Shown: positions 45,546 to 57,352 of the stretch, piece by piece
How positions within the stretch are numbered: position 1 is the first letter of the stretch
How the letters are laid out: the number at the start of each line of letters is the position of its first letter
From: Candidatus Marinacidobacterales bacterium
GTDB lineage: Bacteria; Acidobacteriota; Vicinamibacteria; Marinacidobacterales; SMYC01
Assembly: GCA_965224085.1 (NCBI GenBank)
Contig: CBDCYI010000005.1
Coordinates: 1,600,001 to 1,664,000, forward strand
Length of the DNA: 64,000 bases
Reading direction: 5' to 3'
Translations under genes and position numbers: made by a program
The notes under the pieces: model-generated
Database searches by the model: none
Seen by the model: the letters and a program-made list of their open reading frames with translations, nothing else
What the model was told of the DNA's origin: nothing

Positions 45546-46260
45546 GCCCGTCGCCTACAAAGTACTCGCAGAGACCCTCGCCAAAGATCCGACGGCTCGC
45601 GAACAGCTGTTGCAGGAAGCGCGCGCCGCCGCGGCGCTCAACCATCCCAATATCGTCACGGTCTACGATCTCGGTTTCGATGGGGACAACGCGTTCATTT
45701 GTATGGAGCTCATCGAAGGGGAGACGTATCAAGGTATCCTTCGAAAACAAACTTGGCTCGACATTCCGGACGCGCTTCACTGCCTGGTGTCGATCTGTCA
45801 AGGCCTCGACCACGCGCATAGTCGCGGGATCATCCATCGTGACTTGAAGCCGTCGAACGTTCTGCTCACCGCCGATCGACGCGTGAAGCTCCTGGACTTC
45901 GGGCTTGCCCGCCCTGCCGAGGATGAGAAGAGCGGAGAAAGTTGGGCCTACTCGATGTCGGGGACACCGAAATACATTTCCCCGGAGGCGATTCAGGGAA
46001 AGCCAACGGACCCCCGCACCGATGTGTACTCGCTCGGCGCGACGCTCTATGAGCTCCTCACGGGCCGCGCCCCGTTTACCGAAGGCAACCTCTTGATGCA
46101 CCACCTCCATACGCTGCCCCCGCCGCTGCGGCCAAAACGCACCGAGATCAACGAGAAGCTCGAAGAGCTCGTTCTTCTTTGCCTCGCGAAGAAACCCGAA
46201 GAGCGCTTTCAGAGCGCCGGTGAGATTCTCTCCTTCGCCGGCGCCGCCCAGCTTCTCTAG
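45546..46260 (+). pseudogene. Ser/Thr protein kinase, 5'-truncated by IS5
   Basis: VAYK, HRDLKPSN, DFG, GTPKYISPE; Gly loop missing. Confidence 0.88.
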
Positions 46261-46272
46261 CAACCCCTCCGT

Positions 46273-46323
46273 TTGACGCGCGACAACCTTTCGCGTACCA
46301 TCGATGGTGTAATAGATACACTA
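46273..46323 (+). promoter_or_regulatory. sigma70 promoter and NrtR operator
   Basis: TTGACG-17-TACCAT followed by palindrome TGGTGT-AATAGAT-ACACTA (GT-N7-AC). Confidence 0.75.
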
Positions 46324-46346
46324 ACACCGAAGGGACGCATACACGG

Positions 46347-47015
46347 ATGGCCAAGAAAAGGCAACAGGTTCTAGTCGCAGTGGATAACTGCATTTTCACG
46401 GTCGCCGAGGGACGGCTCGACGTGCTGCTCATCCAGATGTCACAAGCCCCGTTCGACGGTGTGTGGGCGCTGCCAGGTGGGCTCATTGACGACGGCGAAA
46501 GGCTCGATGGAGCAGCGGCGCGGATTCTCGAGGAGCAGACGGGGCTGCGCCACGTCTATCTAGAGCAACTGTATAGCTTCGACGACGAGGCCAGGGACCC
46601 GAGCGGCCGGGTCGTTTCGATCGCTTATTTCTCACTCGTCCAGCGCGACGGTCTCGAACTGCGGACGACCGACAAATATCGACAAGTGCGATTTTGGAAC
46701 TCTGACGGGCTCCCGGGGAAACTTGCCTACGACCACGAGACCATTCTCGACTACGCCCGTGCGCGACTGACCGCGAAAATTCAATACACGAACGTGATGT
46801 GGTCGCTCCTCCCGGAGAAGTTCACCCTCAGCCAGCTCCAGGCGGCCTATGAAACGGTGCTGAGCCGAAGGCTCGACAAGCGGAACTTCCGCAAGAAAGT
46901 CTCGTCGCTCGGTATCGTTCAGGCGTCCGGAGAGAGATCGACCGGGGGGCGTCACCGGCCAGCGATGCTCTATCGCTTCACGAGCCGTGAGCCCGAGATC
47001 GTGGAGGGATTTTGA
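46347..47015 (+). CDS. nrtR: Nudix-related transcriptional regulator
   Basis: WALPGG, LEQLYSF, RDP, FTLSQL, DKRNFRK. Confidence 0.9.
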   Translation: MAKKRQQVLVAVDNCIFTVAEGRLDVLLIQMSQAPFDGVWALPGGLIDDGERLDGAAARILEEQTGLRHVYLEQLYSFDDEARDPSGRVVSIAYFSLVQRDGLELRTTDKYRQVRFWNSDGLPGKLAYDHETILDYARARLTAKIQYTNVMWSLLPEKFTLSQLQAAYETVLSRRLDKRNFRKKVSSLGIVQASGERSTGGRHRPAMLYRFTSREPEIVEGF

Positions 47016-48040
47016 TGATACCGGAACATTTCGATCCCGAAAAAGTGGGTGATGTATTTCGCGTCCCGTACGAGAAGCTCGCCCGGGACGCTCGCCGGTG
47101 GCGCGAGCAGCACGCCGTGGCGCCGTCCTCACGTGACGCGTATCGTGTCGGGCTTCTGCTCGTGGACGTCCAGAACACATTCTGCATTCCGGAATTCGAG
47201 CTCTTTGTTGCGGGGCGATCGGGGAAGGCGGCTGTCGACGACAACAAACGGCTTTGTCGATTCATCTACGAGCATCTCGACCGCATCACGCGCATCCATG
47301 CCACGCTCGACACCCACAAAGCGATGCAGATCTTCCACAGCGCCTTTCTCGTCGACGCGGCCGGGGAGCATCCCGAGCCGATGACGGTGGTAACGCTCGA
47401 CGACGTCGCCTCCGGCCGGTGGAAGGTGAGCCCGCGCGCGGTCGAATCGATTCCAGGCTGCGACCAGAAATATCTGGAGCGCTACTGCCGGAGCCTCAGC
47501 CAGGACGGCAACTACTCCCTCATGGTGTGGCCTTACCACGCGATGCTCGGAGGTATCGGCCACGCGCTTGTCTCCGCCGTCGAGGAGGCTGTCTTCTTTC
47601 AAAACATCGTGCGCGGCGCGCAGACGTCGTTCGAAGTCAAAGGCGATCATCCGTTGACGGAGAACTACTCGGCGCTTCACCCCGAGTTCTCCACGGAATC
47701 CGGCGGGCTCGCTCCACCCAAAGACGTCGCGTTCGTCGAAGAGCTTCTCGCCTACGACGCGCTCATCGTGGCCGGTCAAGCGAAGAGTCACTGCGTCGCT
47801 TGGACCGTCGCGGACCTACTCATGGAGATCGAAAAGCGCGATCCCGGGCTCGCGCGGAAGGTCTATCTTCTCGAGGACGCGACTTCACCGGTTGTCGTTC
47901 CCGGCGTCATCGATTTCACCGAGGAGACCGATGCCGCCTTCCGAAAATTCGAAAAGGCCGGGATACATCGAGTCCTCGCTACCACGCCCCTTGACGCTTG
48001 GCCCGAGTTCCCCGCGACGCTCGAAAAGAAAAGGCGGTAG
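47015..48040 (+). CDS. pncA: long-form nicotinamidase/isochorismatase
   Basis: DVQNTFC, DTH, WPYH, GQAKSHCV; operon context. Confidence 0.78.
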   Translation: MIPEHFDPEKVGDVFRVPYEKLARDARRWREQHAVAPSSRDAYRVGLLLVDVQNTFCIPEFELFVAGRSGKAAVDDNKRLCRFIYEHLDRITRIHATLDTHKAMQIFHSAFLVDAAGEHPEPMTVVTLDDVASGRWKVSPRAVESIPGCDQKYLERYCRSLSQDGNYSLMVWPYHAMLGGIGHALVSAVEEAVFFQNIVRGAQTSFEVKGDHPLTENYSALHPEFSTESGGLAPPKDVAFVEELLAYDALIVAGQAKSHCVAWTVADLLMEIEKRDPGLARKVYLLEDATSPVVVPGVIDFTEETDAAFRKFEKAGIHRVLATTPLDAWPEFPATLEKKRR

Positions 48041-48042
48041 CC

Positions 48043-49272
48043 ATGCCGATCATCGAATCTCTGCTCGATGTCGATTTCTACAAGTTCACCATGGGGCAGA
48101 TGGTGTTTCTGCGCTTCCCGGACGTTGCCGTCATCTATGCTTTAACCAACCGGACGCCGCACGTGCGGCTCGCGGACATCGTCGATCGGGACGAGCTCCG
48201 CGCCGAGCTCGACCACGCGCGGAGCCTCCGGTTCAACAATAGCGAGCTCCATTATCTCCGTGGGACGAACGAATACGGGGATCGGATGTTCACTGAGAAC
48301 TACCTTCAGTTTTTGCGCGAGCTGCGGCTTCCGGACTACGAGCTCGAAGAGGTGGATGGCTGCTTTCAGATGCAGTTCCACGGCTTGTGGTCCGAAGCTA
48401 TCTACTGGGAGACGGTAGCACTCGCTCTTTTGAACGAGCTCTATAACCGAAGCCTTTTGTTAAAGCTCTCGCCTTTCGAGCAAGACCTCGTCTATGCCCG
48501 AGGCAAGCTCAGGCTTGCGGAAAAGATTCGCGTTCTGCGGGAGCGTCCGGAGATCGAGTTCATCGATTTCGGTACGAGGCGTCGCTTCAGTCGTGAGTGG
48601 CAGCACTATGTCGACCGCGTGCTCGCCGACGAGCTCCCTGGCCAGTTCGCTGGCACCTCGGCCACCGAGTCGGCGATGCTGCACGGGCTCGTCCCGATGG
48701 GAACCTCCGCGCACGAGCTCTACATGGTTATGTCGAGCATCATGCACGAATCGGACGACCGCATCCGCGCTTCACACAATCAGGTGTTGAAGGATTGGTG
48801 GGAGCTCTATGGCTGGGGGCTCTCCATCGCGTTGACGGATACTTACGGCTCGGAGTTCTTCTTTCGCGACATGACACAAGCTCAAGCGCGGGTCTGGAAG
48901 GGGCTCCGGCACGACTCAGGGGATCCGTTCGAGTTCGGCGAGCGCGCCTTGAATTTTTACGAGTCGCACGGCGTGGATCCGAAGGAGAAGCTTCTCATTT
49001 TCAGCGACGGGCTCGAGCTCGACACGATCCTCCAATTGTCCCAGCGTTTCCACGGACGGATCAAGCTGAGCTTCGGATGGGGCACGAATTTGACGAATGA
49101 TCTGGGGTTCGAACCGATCTCGATCGTGGTCAAAGCAGTGGAAGCCGACGGCCTCCGCACGGTGAAGCTCAGCGACAACCTGGCCAAAGCCACCGGCACC
49201 GAGGAAGACATCGAGCGCTTCAAACGCATTTTCGGCCACGATCATGAACACGTCGAGGCGGTCCGCTATTGA
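48043..49272 (+). CDS. pncB: nicotinate phosphoribosyltransferase
   Basis: SLLDVDFYK, DFGTRRR, GTSAHE, RHDSGDP, KLSDN. Confidence 0.95.
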   Translation: MPIIESLLDVDFYKFTMGQMVFLRFPDVAVIYALTNRTPHVRLADIVDRDELRAELDHARSLRFNNSELHYLRGTNEYGDRMFTENYLQFLRELRLPDYELEEVDGCFQMQFHGLWSEAIYWETVALALLNELYNRSLLLKLSPFEQDLVYARGKLRLAEKIRVLRERPEIEFIDFGTRRRFSREWQHYVDRVLADELPGQFAGTSATESAMLHGLVPMGTSAHELYMVMSSIMHESDDRIRASHNQVLKDWWELYGWGLSIALTDTYGSEFFFRDMTQAQARVWKGLRHDSGDPFEFGERALNFYESHGVDPKEKLLIFSDGLELDTILQLSQRFHGRIKLSFGWGTNLTNDLGFEPISIVVKAVEADGLRTVKLSDNLAKATGTEEDIERFKRIFGHDHEHVEAVRY

Positions 49273-49736
49273 TCCGACACGAACGAGCTGTCCGTTGAGA
49301 TTCCTCTCCAGCTTCCCCAAAACGCGCGGTAGCCGGACGCGTCCGACCTCATCGCTCTTCTTCGGTTGTCACTTACGTACCGGATTTGTGCGATCCTGGG
49401 TCTGTGATATGGTCCTCGCCTGAACCGACGAGCTGGCGCTCAAGCAAGAGGGCATCGACTATCTCCCCCCCAAAGTCATCGACGGCGCGGTGAAGATGCC
49501 GACCACGATACGCCCGCGCCGAAGCCGTGGCGGCTTCGGGGTGCTGATCGATCACCGGGGCCGCATCATTGCTGTGCACGTGACGCCGGACGCTAGCGAA
49601 TGGGCACCGACGATGCTGATGACCATCATACGGGCGCAGTTCCGCCCGCGCGTCTGAACGGCGTCAAGATACCGTGCCTCGTCATCGTGGGCGCGGATAC
49701 CGCTCTCGAATCGGACAATTAGCGAAAGGGGAAGGC

Positions 49737-50675
49737 CTACGCTTTTGGGTGCGTTTTTTCGTAGACGTCCAATAGCCTCTGTGTCGACAGCATCGTATAT
49801 TTTTGAGTCGTCGACAAGCTTTCGTGGCCGAGGAGCTCCTGGATCGAACGCAAGTCGCAGCCACGCTCGAGCAGATGCGTCGCGAAAGCGTGTCGCAGGC
49901 TGTGTGGGGACAAGCTGGTACTAAGAGCGGCTTGCTGGAGGTAGCGATCTAGGAGCCGTCGCACCGAGCGTGATGTGAGACGGCCGCCACGCGTGTTCAG
50001 AAACAACGCGTCGGTGCCGCGTCCGGCGCGCACGAGCTTTCGTCGATCTTGCAAATAGACGCGGAGCGCGTCGGCGGCGAGCTCGCCAAAGGGTACGATG
50101 CGCTCCTTGTTGCCTTTGCCGTGGACGCGCACGAGCCTGTTGTCGAGATCGAGCGTCGCGAGGTCGAGAGAGACGAGCTCTCCCACGCGTAGGCCTGTCG
50201 CGTAAAGAATCTCGAGCATGGCGCGATCACGCCGTCCGAGCGCGGTGCACGCATCGGGGGCGTCTATAAGTCTCTCGACTTCGCTTTGCTCGAGCCGCGC
50301 GGGCACCTTCTTGTCGAGCCGCGGCGTGGCCACGAGCCGGGCCGGGTTCTTGTCGACTCTGCCTTCTCGCGTCAGATAGCGGAAAAAGGTCCGGATCGAG
50401 GCGAGCTTTCGTGCGATGGAGGAGCGGGCAATACCGTTTTTGTGAAGCTCGGCGAGAAACGCCCGGATGGTCAGCACGTCAATAGCGCTCCAGGTTTTGA
50501 CGTCGAGAGACGCTTCGGCGAAAGCACGAAACTGAAGAAGATCCGAGCGATAGTTCTTGACCGTATGCGCGGAAAGCCCGCGGCGATGCGTCAAGTCTTC
50601 GAGAAAAGACTCGATGGTCTCCGCTGCGGATCGAGCGCGAGACGTTGTTATTATTGTCATCGAACGTTGCTGCAT
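49737..50675 (-). CDS. xerC: tyrosine recombinase XerC
   Basis: ATGLRVGE, GKGNKER, HSLRHAFATH, LGH, TQKY; neighbour of trmFO. Confidence 0.88.
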   Translation of the reverse strand: MQQRSMTIITTSRARSAAETIESFLEDLTHRRGLSAHTVKNYRSDLLQFRAFAEASLDVKTWSAIDVLTIRAFLAELHKNGIARSSIARKLASIRTFFRYLTREGRVDKNPARLVATPRLDKKVPARLEQSEVERLIDAPDACTALGRRDRAMLEILYATGLRVGELVSLDLATLDLDNRLVRVHGKGNKERIVPFGELAADALRVYLQDRRKLVRAGRGTDALFLNTRGGRLTSRSVRRLLDRYLQQAALSTSLSPHSLRHAFATHLLERGCDLRSIQELLGHESLSTTQKYTMLSTQRLLDVYEKTHPKA

Positions 50676-50757
50676 TGTCCCTCAGGTCTCGTTCGAAGCC
50701 AAGGTCCCCGCCCGGCCGGCAGTTGATTCGTCCGTTGGGGCCACTTAACATCACTAC

Positions 50758-50946
50758 ATGAGTCAATGCACGAAGTGTGGGCGCCATTTCCAGGGAAACG
50801 AGACCGTTTGCCCCGATGACGGCGCGATCCTCGAGGGTACCGTTAGCTTCGAGGAGCAGGCGGTCGGGAAGACGCTCGACGGCAAGTATCGGATCGATGG
50901 CTTCTTGAAGCGCGGCGGGATGGGTGCCGTTTATCGAGGCACGCAT
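50758..50946 (+). pseudogene. Zn-ribbon plus kinase N-terminal fragment
   Basis: [20 protein letters not shown], then truncated. Confidence 0.7.
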
Positions 50947-51286
50947 AGGACGGGGCTCACCGCGTCGTAGAAATAGAGGTAGTCGCTGCCGGTAAAAGCA
51001 TGAATGGATGCCGCGAGCGCGTCCGAAGTGAGCGGGCCTGTTGCGACGATGACGATCCCGTCCTCGGGAATCGCTGAGATCTCCTCGCGCACGATGTCGA
51101 TCGCGGGCGAAGCTTCGAGCCGCTCGGTGATGGTGCGCGAGAAAAGGTCGCGGTCGACGGCGAGCGCTTGGCCTGCCGGAACACGACTCGCTTCGGCCGC
51201 CTCGATCACGAACGAGCCGAGCCGCCGCATCTCCTCTTTGAGCAGACCGTGCGCGTTCGTCAGGTCATCGGAGCGCAGCGAGTTGC
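50947..51286 (-). pseudogene. trmFO: trmFO internal fragment
   Basis: [31 protein letters not shown]. Confidence 0.88.
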
Positions 51287-52373
51287 TGCCTTGGTGCACA
51301 ACTCGCGATCTCGGTCCACAATTGTCCTGTACTCGCGGATACGAGGTTCCCCATGAGCATTTTCAAACGCACTCAGCGGAAGTATGTGAAGAAGGCCTAT
51401 CGCGTGAGGAATTGGCGTGAATATGAGGCGGGTCTACGCAACCGCGGGAGCCTGACCGTCTGGATCTCGCTCACCGCCGGCAAGCTTGTGAACTGGGACG
51501 CGCCCCGGCCAAGGAGGAGGAAACCGGGCCGTCAACGCAAGTAGTCGAACCACGCCATCGAGACGGCTGTCACCCTGGGCATGGTGTTTCATCTGTCGTC
51601 TAGGCAGAGCGAGGGATTGCTGCGATCGTTGTTCGCTCTGATGAAGCTAGACAATGATGTGCCCGATCACACCACGATCTCGAGGCGCAAGGCGAAGCTG
51701 GGTAAGGTCCCCTTCTACCAAGACAAGCAGAAGACGCCGTTGCACATCTTGATCGACAGCAGCGGTCTCGCTGTCCACGCCGGCCAGCTGCGCAGAGCAC
51801 CAAATAGCAGGGACTATCGCAAGCTCCATCTGTGTGTCGACGAGCAGAGTGGCGAAGTCGTCGCCGGCGAGCTGACGAGCAAAAGAGCCCGCGATTCATC
51901 GCGGGTTGCATCGCTTGTCGGACAGAGCGACAGTCCCATCTCATCGGCCAGAGCTGACACCGCATACGACGCCAGCGGCGTCTATGAGGCAATCGAGAAT
52001 CACAGCGCTCATCGCTCGCCGAGGGTGCTGATACCGCCGCGCAAGGGCGCCCTGCTCGCATCGGGGCCGGCGAGCAGCCGACAGCGCAATCGCAACATTG
52101 CAGCACAAGCTCGGCTCGGCAAACGAAAGTGGCACACAGAATCGGGCTACAGCAAACGGAGCAAAGTCGAGACAACGTTCCATCGCTACAAGGCTATCGT
52201 GGGCTCAGCGATGCGAGCGAGAGGGTTGGCGGCACAGAGAGTCGAGGCAAGGATCGGGTGCAAGATTCTCAACACCATGACGGCGCTCGGGATGCCTGAT
52301 AGCGAGATGATCGGATGATGGGAGTCGGGGCCAAGCGAGCTCTCGGCCTCTATCGGAGTTGTGCACCAAGGCA
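51287..52373 (+). mobile_element. IS5 family copy 3 with TAC>TAG nonsense at 51542-51544
   Basis: Same TIR and length; ORF split relative to copies 1 and 2. Confidence 0.93.
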
Positions 52374-54982
52374 GGGCGACAGCGACCCCGGCGGAGGCTC
52401 CCTTCGGGCTGTACTTGATAGCGTTCGAGAGCAGGTTGATGAGGACTTGCTCGACGAGATTGCGGTCGCCGAAAACTTCGGAGAGGCCCTCGGGGAGCGG
52501 CCTGTACTGCAGCGCGATGTTCTTCTCATCGGCCAGCGGTTTGAGGTCGGCGAGCGCGTTTTGGATGAGCTTGTCCATATTGACGGGTCCCTTGGTGATC
52601 AGTTGGCGCCCCGACTCGATGCGGGTAATGTCGAGGAAGTCGTTCACGAGGTTGACCAGCCGATTCGACTGACGATTGATGATCTCGAGAAACTCCGAAC
52701 CCTTTTCGTTGTCGATGCCGCCTTTGAGCAAAATCTGCGCAAAGCCCCGTACTGTCGCGAGCGGCGTGCGGATCTCGTGCGTCACCATCGACATGAGATC
52801 CGTCTTCATCTGATCCATTTCCTTGAGCTGGGTGATGTCGGACAATACGGCAACGATCCCGTGAACGAGGCCGTCGGAGCTCCTGATGGGACCCAGAGAC
52901 AAGGTGTAAAAGCGCGTCGTCGGAAGAGATAGCTTGATATCAACAGTAAAGGTCTCTCCGCGCTCGACGATCTTCTGGAACTTTTTGTGCATCTCCGCGT
53001 AAGGTATCTCCTCGAAGCGCCGGATGAACTCGACCGCGCTCTGGCCTATAGCGCTTTCGGCGTAGAGTCCGAGGATTTCTTTGGCCTTCGGATTGAAGAG
53101 CTGGATCGTGCCGAGAACGTCGGTGACGATGACGCCATCCGCGACGCTGTCCATGATCGAGCGCATCAGCGACTTTTCATCCATGACGGCGTCGTTCAGA
53201 GCGCTCAGGGTCTGGATGCGCCGCTCCTGACTCTGGTAGGTAAATGTCGCGAGCGGATTGGTGTTCTTCGCTGTCAGGTGCTCGTAGAGATTGGCGTTGT
53301 ACCAGATAGTGCCGAACTCGGCTGACACGGATCGCAGGAGATTCTCGTCCTCGGTGCGGAACTCCTCGCCGCGCGGTCGGAACAGGCACAGCACACCCAC
53401 CGTTTCGCCTTTCGCGACCAGCGGCACGATCATCACTTGAAAGGCGGAAATCTGCGCTCTAGGTACGATCGCCGCCAGCGGATGACTCTGCAGGCTGTTC
53501 ACGAGAATCGGGTCGAGGCTTACCAACACGCTCGTGAGATTCCCCGTGAGCTTCAAGCTCGTCTTTTGGTTCGGGTTGATTCCCGTCAGTCCGTATTGCG
53601 CCGTGGGGGTCAGGGTTCCTTTGTCACGCTCGACTCTCAGAAGAGCGGCGGCGGGAATGCCGAGGAGATGACGCAGCGTCGGCTCCGCGGCTCGAAAGAG
53701 CTGGATGATGATTTTCTCACCTGCTTTGTCTCCGAGGGCCGCCGCCTGTGAGAGGCTGAGAACCTCTTTATCGAGCGCTTCGTTCACGTGACGCATCTTC
53801 AGCATCAAGCCAAAGATGAACGAAATCAGAAGAGCCGTCACGAGAGGCGAGATCTCGACCCAAAAGCCGTGGGAGCCGAACAAGTACATCTGGATGGCGA
53901 CCGCTGCCACGGTGAGCAGAACGAGAGACAGTGACGGCCATTCGGGTGTCGAAGTACAGATAGATCGCTGCGACGGCCATGGCGCTGACGGTGGTGATGA
54001 GGGCCAGAAGCCAAAGCGGGGCTCGACGGATGTGTTGTTGGTCGAGAATGGCGGCTATCACGCTCGCTTGGATCTCGACGCCTGGGGTCGGGCTGCGATC
54101 CAGAGAGAACGGCGTCATGTGCGTGTCGAAGAGGCCGGCGGCGTTGCCTCCGTAAAGGACGATTTTGCCGTCGAAATAGTTCGCGGGCACGCGTCCGCCG
54201 ATGACTTCGTGCGCGGAGATGTACTCGAACGCTCCCTGGTCGCCGAAATAGGGAATGTTCATCTCGTAATCGATGACGAAAACATTGTCGAGAGCCTCGG
54301 CGGATTCCGGCGCCGCGGAAACCGGGATCTCGACATTGCCGATGCTGAGTACGCCTGGGCTCGTTTCGCGGATGGCGTCATCCGGGAGGTCGAGATACAC
54401 CTTGAGGATCTCGAGGTTCATACCCCAGTAGGTCCTCTCCGGCGTCTTGTAGGCCAGATGAACCCGACGGACGAGGCCGTCTTTGCTTTGTTCGATATGC
54501 GCGTGGCCGATCCCCGCGGCGGACTCCTTCAATTCCGGAAGCGGCTCGAAGCTCACGAGCTGTGCCTCTCCGGAATCGACGATTCTTTCCATGATGACGG
54601 GGAAGATGACATTGCCGGCGTCGCGCGTCGCGCGCGTCGCGTGCGCGAGTTGGACGTCGTTGTCAGGCTCGCGCCGATCCGGCTCGAAGAAGCCGATATC
54701 CACTCCGACGGCCTTCGCGCCGTTCGCGCTGACCTGACGCAGAATCTCGGCGTGGAAAGCGCGCGGCCAAGGCCAGCTTCCCAATCGTCGGAGCGAGGGT
54801 TGGTCGATCGCGACGATGACGATGTTGCCCGGAGCGGGTCGCTCGTTCAACCGGATGTTCTGGTCGTAAAGCTGGTACTCGAGCGCCTCGAACACCTGGA
54901 AGAAATAGAGCGTGCACGCGATGACGGCAGCAGTAGCGCCCGCTATCAGGCCACGGATCACGAGAGCTTTGCTATCTTGCAC
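52374..54982 (-). pseudogene. CHASE2-GAF-PAS histidine kinase, frameshift near 53925 and 3'-truncated by IS5
   Basis: VAIDQPS..WPWPR, PGVEIQA; HEIRTPL, NLLSNAIKYS; G boxes missing. Confidence 0.87.
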
Positions 54983-55952
54983 TGCCCAACCCTTGGCTCA
55001 CGGTGACCGTGTTCACTTGCTCCCGCACGCCGCGTCGCTCGGAGAGATAGTTGCTGCCTGCATATTTCTTCAGATACTTCTTGAGCTCCGCCGCGCGTTC
55101 GGCAATGACGTGCGTGCTCGGGAAATCGCCCTTCACGCCGCTGACGATCGCCATCGTGATCGACATGATGGGGAATCGCTCGAGCTTTCTGGAGCGGTTC
55201 TCGATTTGAATGCTCCCTCGCTCGAAATCTTGAGCGTCGTAGAATTTGCCAATAGAGCCGTCAAAGATTTCGGCGATGGCTTTGCACGTCAGGTTGTCGC
55301 GCGCTGGCGTCGTGACGACGACGAAATCATCGCCTCCGATATGTCCGACGAAATCTCCGTTGCCGCCGAGAGTGCGCATGCTGTTCATGATGGTTTGGGC
55401 GGTATGGAAGATGACGCGGTCGCCTGCCTCGTAGCCATACTTGTCGTTGTAGGCTTTGAAATTGTCGAGGTCGCAGTAGCAGACGGAGAAGGGTTCGCCG
55501 CTCTCGAGCCTTGTTTTGATCTCGCGCTCGAGAGCAAGGTTGCCGGGCAGACGCGTCAAAGGATTGGCGGCCGACTGCTCTTGAGTGCGGCGTATAACCA
55601 TCTCGATCCGCGCCTGGAGCTCGAGCGGGTCCACGGTTTTGATGACGTAGTCGTCAGCGCCTTTGCCGAGGCCGTGCACTTTGTTCTGCACCTGGTCCTG
55701 GCTCGTGAGCATGATGACGGGGATGAAAGAGGTGGAGAAGTCACTCTTGATCTTTTCGCAGGCCTCGAAGCCGTTCATTTCTTCCATGTTCACGTCCATG
55801 AGAATCAGATCAGGTTCTTCCGTTTGAGCCCTTTCTACGGCTTCCCTACCGCTCGCTGCCGTCGAGACTTCGTATCCCCACGACTCGAGTAGGAACTGGG
55901 TGAGCCTCAGGATGTCCGGCTCATCGTCTACGGCGAGGATCTTCTGCGACAA
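54972..55952 (-). CDS. REC-GGDEF response regulator (GGDDF variant)
   Basis: AVDD, LMDVNM, NPLTRLPGN, DLDNFKAYND, HIGGDDF. Confidence 0.9.
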   Translation of the reverse strand: MSQKILAVDDEPDILRLTQFLLESWGYEVSTAASGREAVERAQTEEPDLILMDVNMEEMNGFEACEKIKSDFSTSFIPVIMLTSQDQVQNKVHGLGKGADDYVIKTVDPLELQARIEMVIRRTQEQSAANPLTRLPGNLALEREIKTRLESGEPFSVCYCDLDNFKAYNDKYGYEAGDRVIFHTAQTIMNSMRTLGGNGDFVGHIGGDDFVVVTTPARDNLTCKAIAEIFDGSIGKFYDAQDFERGSIQIENRSRKLERFPIMSITMAIVSGVKGDFPSTHVIAERAAELKKYLKKYAGSNYLSERRGVREQVNTVTVSQGLGSAR

Positions 55953-56350
55953 CGCTATGTCCTTCCTCTAGGCCAGAGGGGCCCAGACCAGGTTGTAAAC
56001 AGCAATATCCGTACCAATGAGATCCCGATTCCATGGTGGTGCGCCTCTCCGACAGGTCGTGATTGTGACGGCTTAAGTGATTATTCGAGTGTCGGATACA
56101 AGAACGAGCTTTGGAGCCATTGGGAACTGACACTCAAAACGGCGATCCGATCACGAGGGCTTTTCCCTGCGACGTGCCGCCAAACCCCTACAACGGAGAA
56201 GCTTTGGAGCGATGGTCTCGGCCGAGACCGGTCTTGCCGCCTGCGGGAGAAAGCCTATGTCCTGAGGACGTATTTCGGGTGGAATTGACCGCACGGCGCA
56301 AGTAAGGATCGCCTAAGCCTAATAGATGTAGCGGTTCGCCTGTGCTTGTT

Positions 56351-56367
56351 TTGGCATACCGGTTGCT
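56351..56367 (+). promoter_or_regulatory. sigma54 -24/-12 promoter
   Basis: TTGGCATACCGGTTGCT with GG-N10-GC spacing. Confidence 0.65.
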
Positions 56368-56379
56368 ATGTCAAAGATT

Positions 56380-57276
56380 ATGAAGGTTCGCAAGGAAAAG
56401 GGTTCAAAGACTCGGGAAAACGTAGCTGAAGAATCCCCGTTAGCCTTGCAGATCCTCGATTACTTCCGCCGTCACCCCCAGGCCAAGGACTCCGTCGAGG
56501 GCATTGCGAGGTTCTGGGTCGATGCCGATCCTGTCGTTGTTAGTCCGCTAATAAACGCGCCGCCTCTGGCGGCGTGACCCGAAGAGCTTCGAGCGATCCG
56601 GCGTGTGCTAGGTTCCCCCTCCGGGAAGACCCTGTGGGGCCTCCGAAAGGAGAACCTGCATGCACGAATGGAAAAGCCTGTCGCAAGTGCGATGGGAATG
56701 CAAGTACCACGTGGTGATCATCCCCAAGTATCGTAGAAGGGTGTTATATGGGGACCTTCGGCGTCGCGTGGGGCGAATTCTTCGAGAGCTTTGTGAGCAG
56801 AGAGGAGTAGAACTGATAGAAGGCAACGCGCAACCGGACCACATCCACCTGTGTATGAGCATCCCTCCCAAGTACAGCGTATCTCACACGATCGGTTTTC
56901 TGAAAGGGAAGAGTGCGGTACGCATCCACCGAGAATTGCTGAAAGAACGTCGTATGACGGGCTTGCATTTTTGGGCGAAGGGGTACTGTGTGAGTACGGT
57001 TGGCCTTGACGAGGAGCGAATAAGAAAGTACATCCGGGAGCAAGAAAAGCTTGAGTCTCGCCAAGGTGATCTCGACCTGAGTTAACGAGAGACGGCCCCA
57101 ACGGGGCCTTCCCAACGTCATCGGCCCCCTCGGGGGGGCCTTCCTAAACCCACGCCCTATGGGCGTGGTCGGTTAGTCATGCGTTAGAGAAGCTCGTCGA
57201 GCTCGATCTCATCTCGAAACGCAAGAACGCCTCGATGGATCTGTACTGCATGGGCGTCGAAAAGAAATCCGCCTAG
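56380..57276 (+). pseudogene. small wHTH-like gene interrupted by IS200
   Basis: ILDYFRRHPQAKDSVEGIARFWV..VVS|HALEKLVELDLISK; in frame once 56544-57176 is removed. Confidence 0.75.
56544..57176 (+). mobile_element. tnpA: IS200-type element (tnpA 56660-57085)
   Basis: CKYHVVIIPKYR, DHIH, FWAKGY; terminal hairpins; TTAG at both junctions. Confidence 0.9.
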
Positions 57277-57352
57277 GGCCCGCGCGGGCCCTGGGACAGC
57301 GCTCAACAATCTGTTCCTCCACCGAGACGAAGGTGCCAGGCGGGTGAGCGTT

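Noticed and set aside
46347-49272. NrtR-pncA-pncB as a novel system
   Set aside because: Well-known NAD salvage regulon.
49275-49735. TonB-C-like gene fragment (QFRPARLNGVKIP)
   Set aside because: Too degraded to define a reading frame or boundaries.
45546-50946. The kinase fragments at 50758 (Gly loop) and 45546 (from VAYK on) as halves of one gene
   Set aside because: They look complementary, but no shared junction sequence or target duplication links them, and kinases are typically multi-copy.
56285-56345. c-di-GMP-I riboswitch near the GGDEF gene
   Set aside because: Only partial word matches (GCGCAAG, CCTAAG, GTAGCGG); the GCAAA/GAAA P2 stem is missing.
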